A stretch of 64,000 nt of DNA from an uncultured bacterium (GTDB lineage: Bacteria > Deinococcota > Deinococci > Deinococcales > Trueperaceae): positions 3,409 to 67,408 of the forward strand of contig CAZJGU010000004.1 of the NCBI GenBank assembly GCA_964545455.1, read 5' to 3'. The position numbers and the translations under genes were made by a program. Under the pieces are notes generated by a model. It saw nothing but the letters and a program-made list of their open reading frames with translations, searched no databases and was not told the origin of the DNA. Positions 61,463 to 64,000 of this stretch are shown here, one piece after another. Positions within the stretch are counted from its first letter, which is position 1; every line of letters begins with the position of its first letter.

Positions 61463-62481
61463 GCGAGCGGCTGCTGACCATCAAGGACGCCATCAACGAG
61501 GCCCTCGTGCAGGCGATGGACGCCGATCCGACCGTCTTCATGATGGGCGAGGACATCGCCGGCGGCGCCGGGCGCGACGCGACGGGCGGGATGGACGCCT
61601 GGGGCGGCCCCTTCGGCGTCACCCAGGGACTCGCGACCCGCTTCGGCCGCGACCGGGTCCGTGACACGACGATCGCGGAAGCAGGCTTCTTCGGGGCGGC
61701 CGTCGGCGCGGCCGTTACCGGCATGCGCCCGATCGTGGAGCTGATGTACGTCGACTTCGCGGGCGTCGCCTACGACCAGATGCTCAACCAGGCGGCCAAG
61801 ATGCGCTACATGTTCGGCGGGACGCAGAAGGTCCCGATGGTCATGCGTACCGTCGTCGGCGCCGGCTTCCGAGCCGCCGCCGAACACTCGCAGACGCTCT
61901 ACTCGCTCTTCACGCACGTGCCCGGCCTCAAGACGGTCGCCCCTTCCACGGCGGCGGACGCGAAGGGACTGTTGCTGACCGCGATCCAGGACGACGATCC
62001 GGTCGTCTTCTTCGAGCACAAGCGCATGTACATGCAGACCTCGCACGTCGACGAGGCGCCGACGCCGATCCCCTTCGGTCAGGCGCGCACCCGTCGGGAG
62101 GGCACCGACCTGACGATCGTCGCGATCCAGCGGGGCGTCCAGTTCGCGCTCGAGGCGGCCGAGATGCTCGCGGAGCAAGGAGCTTCGGTCGAGGTCATCG
62201 ACCCCCGCACCTACTCGCCCCTGGACAAGGCGTCGATCCTCGCTTCGGTCGAGAAGACCGGCCGTCTGCTCGTGGTGGACGAGTCCTACCCGCGCTGCAA
62301 CCTCGCCACCGACATCGCGGCGATCGTGGCGGACGAGGGGTTCGACGCCCTCCGGGCGCCGATCCGACGGGTGACCGCCCCGCACACGCCGGTGCCGTTC
62401 AGCCCACCGCTCGAGGACGCCTACCTGCCGCTTCCGCCGCGCATCGCCGCGGAAGCGCGGCGGCTTCTGGACCGCGGATGA
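61459..62481 (+). CDS. TPP-dependent dehydrogenase E1 component, beta subunit
   Basis: ATGA overlap. FMMGEDI, RVRDTTIAEAGFFGAAVGAAVTGMRPIVELMYVDF, DPVVFFEHK. Confidence 0.9.
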   Translation: MSERLLTIKDAINEALVQAMDADPTVFMMGEDIAGGAGRDATGGMDAWGGPFGVTQGLATRFGRDRVRDTTIAEAGFFGAAVGAAVTGMRPIVELMYVDFAGVAYDQMLNQAAKMRYMFGGTQKVPMVMRTVVGAGFRAAAEHSQTLYSLFTHVPGLKTVAPSTAADAKGLLLTAIQDDDPVVFFEHKRMYMQTSHVDEAPTPIPFGQARTRREGTDLTIVAIQRGVQFALEAAEMLAEQGASVEVIDPRTYSPLDKASILASVEKTGRLLVVDESYPRCNLATDIAAIVADEGFDALRAPIRRVTAPHTPVPFSPPLEDAYLPLPPRIAAEARRLLDRG

Positions 62482-62497
62482 CGACGGGTCGTCGTCC

Positions 62498-63379
62498 GTG
62501 AACGTGGCGTGCCTTGGCCTCGGCACGATGGGCGCGCCGATGGCGCGCGTCCTCGCCCGGGGCGGTCATGCGGTGATGGGCTACGACATCGACGAAGGGG
62601 CGCGAGCACGCTTCGTCGCTGGGGGAGGCTCCGTCGCCCGCACGGCGGCGGAAGCGGTCGCACCAGCGGACGTCGTGCTCACGATGCTGCCCGAGGGGCG
62701 ACACGTCCGAGAGGCCCTGCTGGGCCACGACGGCGTCGCCCGGTCCCTTCGCTCCGACGCGCTGGTGCTGGAGATGTCGACGATCGATCCCCGCGAGAGC
62801 GACGCGATCCGGGCCGACCTCGCGTCCCTCGGGACCTCCATGGTGGACGCGCCCGTCGGGCGCACGTCCGAGCATGCGGTCCGGGGCGAGCTGCTGGTGA
62901 TGGCGGGGGGAACGCCAGCCGACGTGGACCGGGTCCGTCCCCTGCTGGATCTCGTCGGGGAGCGCACGATCGACTGCGGTGGGCCGGGCACGGGCATCCG
63001 CATGAAGATCGTCAACAACTTCATGTCGATCGCCCTGAACGCGCTGTCGGCGGAGGCGTTGACCTTGGCCGAGTCGAGCGGCCTGGACCTCGGGCGGACG
63101 CTCGAGGTCCTCGCAGGTACGCCCGCAGGACAGGGGCACTTCACGACGACCTACCCCGCCAAGGTGTTGGCCGGCGACCTTTCGCCGGCGTTCCAGCTGC
63201 GGCTGGCCCGCAAGGACCTGGCGATCGGCGTAGCGTTCGCCGCGACCGTCGGTGTGGATAGCCGGGTGGGCCCGGCGGCCCTGGCCTGGTACGACGAGGC
63301 GATGGGGCACGGCCGAGGTGGCGAGGACTGGACGGCGGTGTTCGCCGAAGCACGAGACAGCGTTCACGAGCCGTCGTAG
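62498..63379 (+). CDS. NAD(P)-dependent oxidoreductase, 3-hydroxyisobutyrate dehydrogenase family
   Basis: VACLGLGTMGAPMARVL. GTGIRMKIVNNFMS. LARKDLAIG. Confidence 0.85.
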   Translation: MNVACLGLGTMGAPMARVLARGGHAVMGYDIDEGARARFVAGGGSVARTAAEAVAPADVVLTMLPEGRHVREALLGHDGVARSLRSDALVLEMSTIDPRESDAIRADLASLGTSMVDAPVGRTSEHAVRGELLVMAGGTPADVDRVRPLLDLVGERTIDCGGPGTGIRMKIVNNFMSIALNALSAEALTLAESSGLDLGRTLEVLAGTPAGQGHFTTTYPAKVLAGDLSPAFQLRLARKDLAIGVAFAATVGVDSRVGPAALAWYDEAMGHGRGGEDWTAVFAEARDSVHEPS

Positions 63380-63400
63380 GGCCTGCCCGACCCGGCCCGA

Positions 63401-63787
63401 TCACGGCCGCAGCAGCCGTACCCCGTAGGGCTCGAGCGCAGCGTCCGCCGTCGCGATCGGCACGTCCATGCGCATCGCCTGGGCGACCAGCAGGCGATCG
63501 AAGGGATCGCGGTGGTGGGGCGGTAGCGATCCTGCGGTCACCGCGTGCGCGTGCTCGATGGCGATGGGGGTGACCCCGGTCGCGCGAATGCGCGAGGGAA
63601 GGTACGTGGCCGGAGGCTCCGGGAGGGTCAGCCGTCCGGCGGCATGCTTGATCGCGATCTCCCAGGACGACACGGCGGAGAGGAGGAGGGTCGTGGCCTC
63701 GTCCTCCAGGGGGCCCCGCAGCGCCCCCAAGCGGTCGGGATCCGCCAGCATCCAGAGCCACACGTGCGTGTCCAGCAGGAACGTCAC
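63401..63787 (-). CDS. vapC: PIN-domain toxin VapC
   Basis: FLLDTHVWLWML...SAVSSWEIAIK...HRDPFDRLLVAQA...IATAD. Confidence 0.85.
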   Translation of the reverse strand: MTFLLDTHVWLWMLADPDRLGALRGPLEDEATTLLLSAVSSWEIAIKHAAGRLTLPEPPATYLPSRIRATGVTPIAIEHAHAVTAGSLPPHHRDPFDRLLVAQAMRMDVPIATADAALEPYGVRLLRP

Positions 63788-64000
63788 GCGTCGAAGTCGG
63801 CCAGGGTCGCGTCGTCCAGGGGCGCGTCGAAGCCGTCGGGGACCGTCATGCGCCCCTCGTCCAACCCCAGCGGGCGCCGGCCGGACGCACGAGCCGGCAC
63901 CAGCCGCGCGACGACCGTGTCGCCGCGGCGGATGAGCACCTCCTCCCCGGCCTCGACCCGGCGAAGCAGGTCGGACAGATGCGTCTTGGCTTCGTACACG
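63784..64000 (-). CDS. Phd/YefM-family antitoxin, N-terminus cut by window end
   Basis: YEAKTHLSDLLRRVEAGEEVLIRRGDTVVARLVP. Overlaps the vapC start by 4 nt. The true start is probably beyond nt 64000. Confidence 0.7.
   Translation of the reverse strand, partial: VYEAKTHLSDLLRRVEAGEEVLIRRGDTVVARLVPARASGRRPLGLDEGRMTVPDGFDAPLDDATLADFDA

Noticed and set aside
1-64000. CRISPR arrays, IS elements, integrases, rRNA/tRNA genes, and long (over 30 bp) direct or inverted repeats marking island borders.
   Set aside because: None was recognised by eye. The only repeats found are short operator-like elements, and they are listed as features. A computational repeat search could still find diverged copies that I cannot see.

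Overview
High-GC (about 70%) bacterial chromosomal window, roughly 90% coding, with about 67 protein genes. I found no rRNA, tRNA, CRISPR array, transposase or integrase. Many long Arg/Pro-rich ORFs in the track are antisense or out-of-frame shadows typical of high-GC DNA. I picked real genes by recognisable protein families, signal peptides, SD sites and stop/start coupling, and derived trimmed starts arithmetically from the ORF track. Layout: (1) 1-9.2 kb holds a minus-strand module of MerR-like regulator, VWA-macro fusion, ADP-ribosylglycohydrolase and Fic. It is divergent from a Cys-phosphatase gene and is followed by four toxin-antitoxin (TA) loci (one decayed) and a second, inverted phosphatase paralog. 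(2) 9.7-17.5 kb holds an AfsR-like SARP-NB-ARC-TPR regulator, a 64-aa protein and four secreted proteins, three of them beta-helix. (3) 17.5-29.3 kb holds a NERD/Zn-ribbon protein, five more TA loci, a methyltransferase divergent from an archaeal-type SAM synthetase plus an unknown 382-aa protein, and a GH38 alpha-mannosidase. (4) 29.3-34.2 kb holds malic enzyme, blh and a DTE-motif xanthorhodopsin/proteorhodopsin-type rhodopsin. (5) 34.2-46.1 kb (minus strand) holds an RpiR-headed cluster: mtnA, mtnK, nucleoside hydrolase, CUT1 ABC importer, aldolase-SDR fusion, LarA homolog and HIBADH-type reductase. I read this as an import-coupled DHAP-shunt-like route for 5'-deoxy or 5'-methylthio nucleosides. 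(6) 46.4-63.4 kb (plus strand) holds a GntR-associated catabolic island: sugar isomerase, class I aldolase, SDR, second nucleoside hydrolase, PotA-type ABC importer, second ADP-ribosylglycohydrolase, nucleoside phosphorylase, TIM-barrel epimerase, a DhaL-DhaK fusion in reversed domain order, E1 alpha/beta without E2, and a reductase. (7) 63.4-64 kb holds a Phd-VapC pair cut by the window edge. Recurrent sequence-level themes are TANNNT-N5/6-start-codon (leaderless-type) promoters, ATGA/GTGA translational coupling, and short palindromic operators in front of TA and catabolic operons. The lineage cannot be fixed from the sequence alone; the features fit a high-GC Actinobacteria or Deinococcus-Thermus type organism. 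All family assignments rest on motif recognition by eye and from memory, not on database searches.
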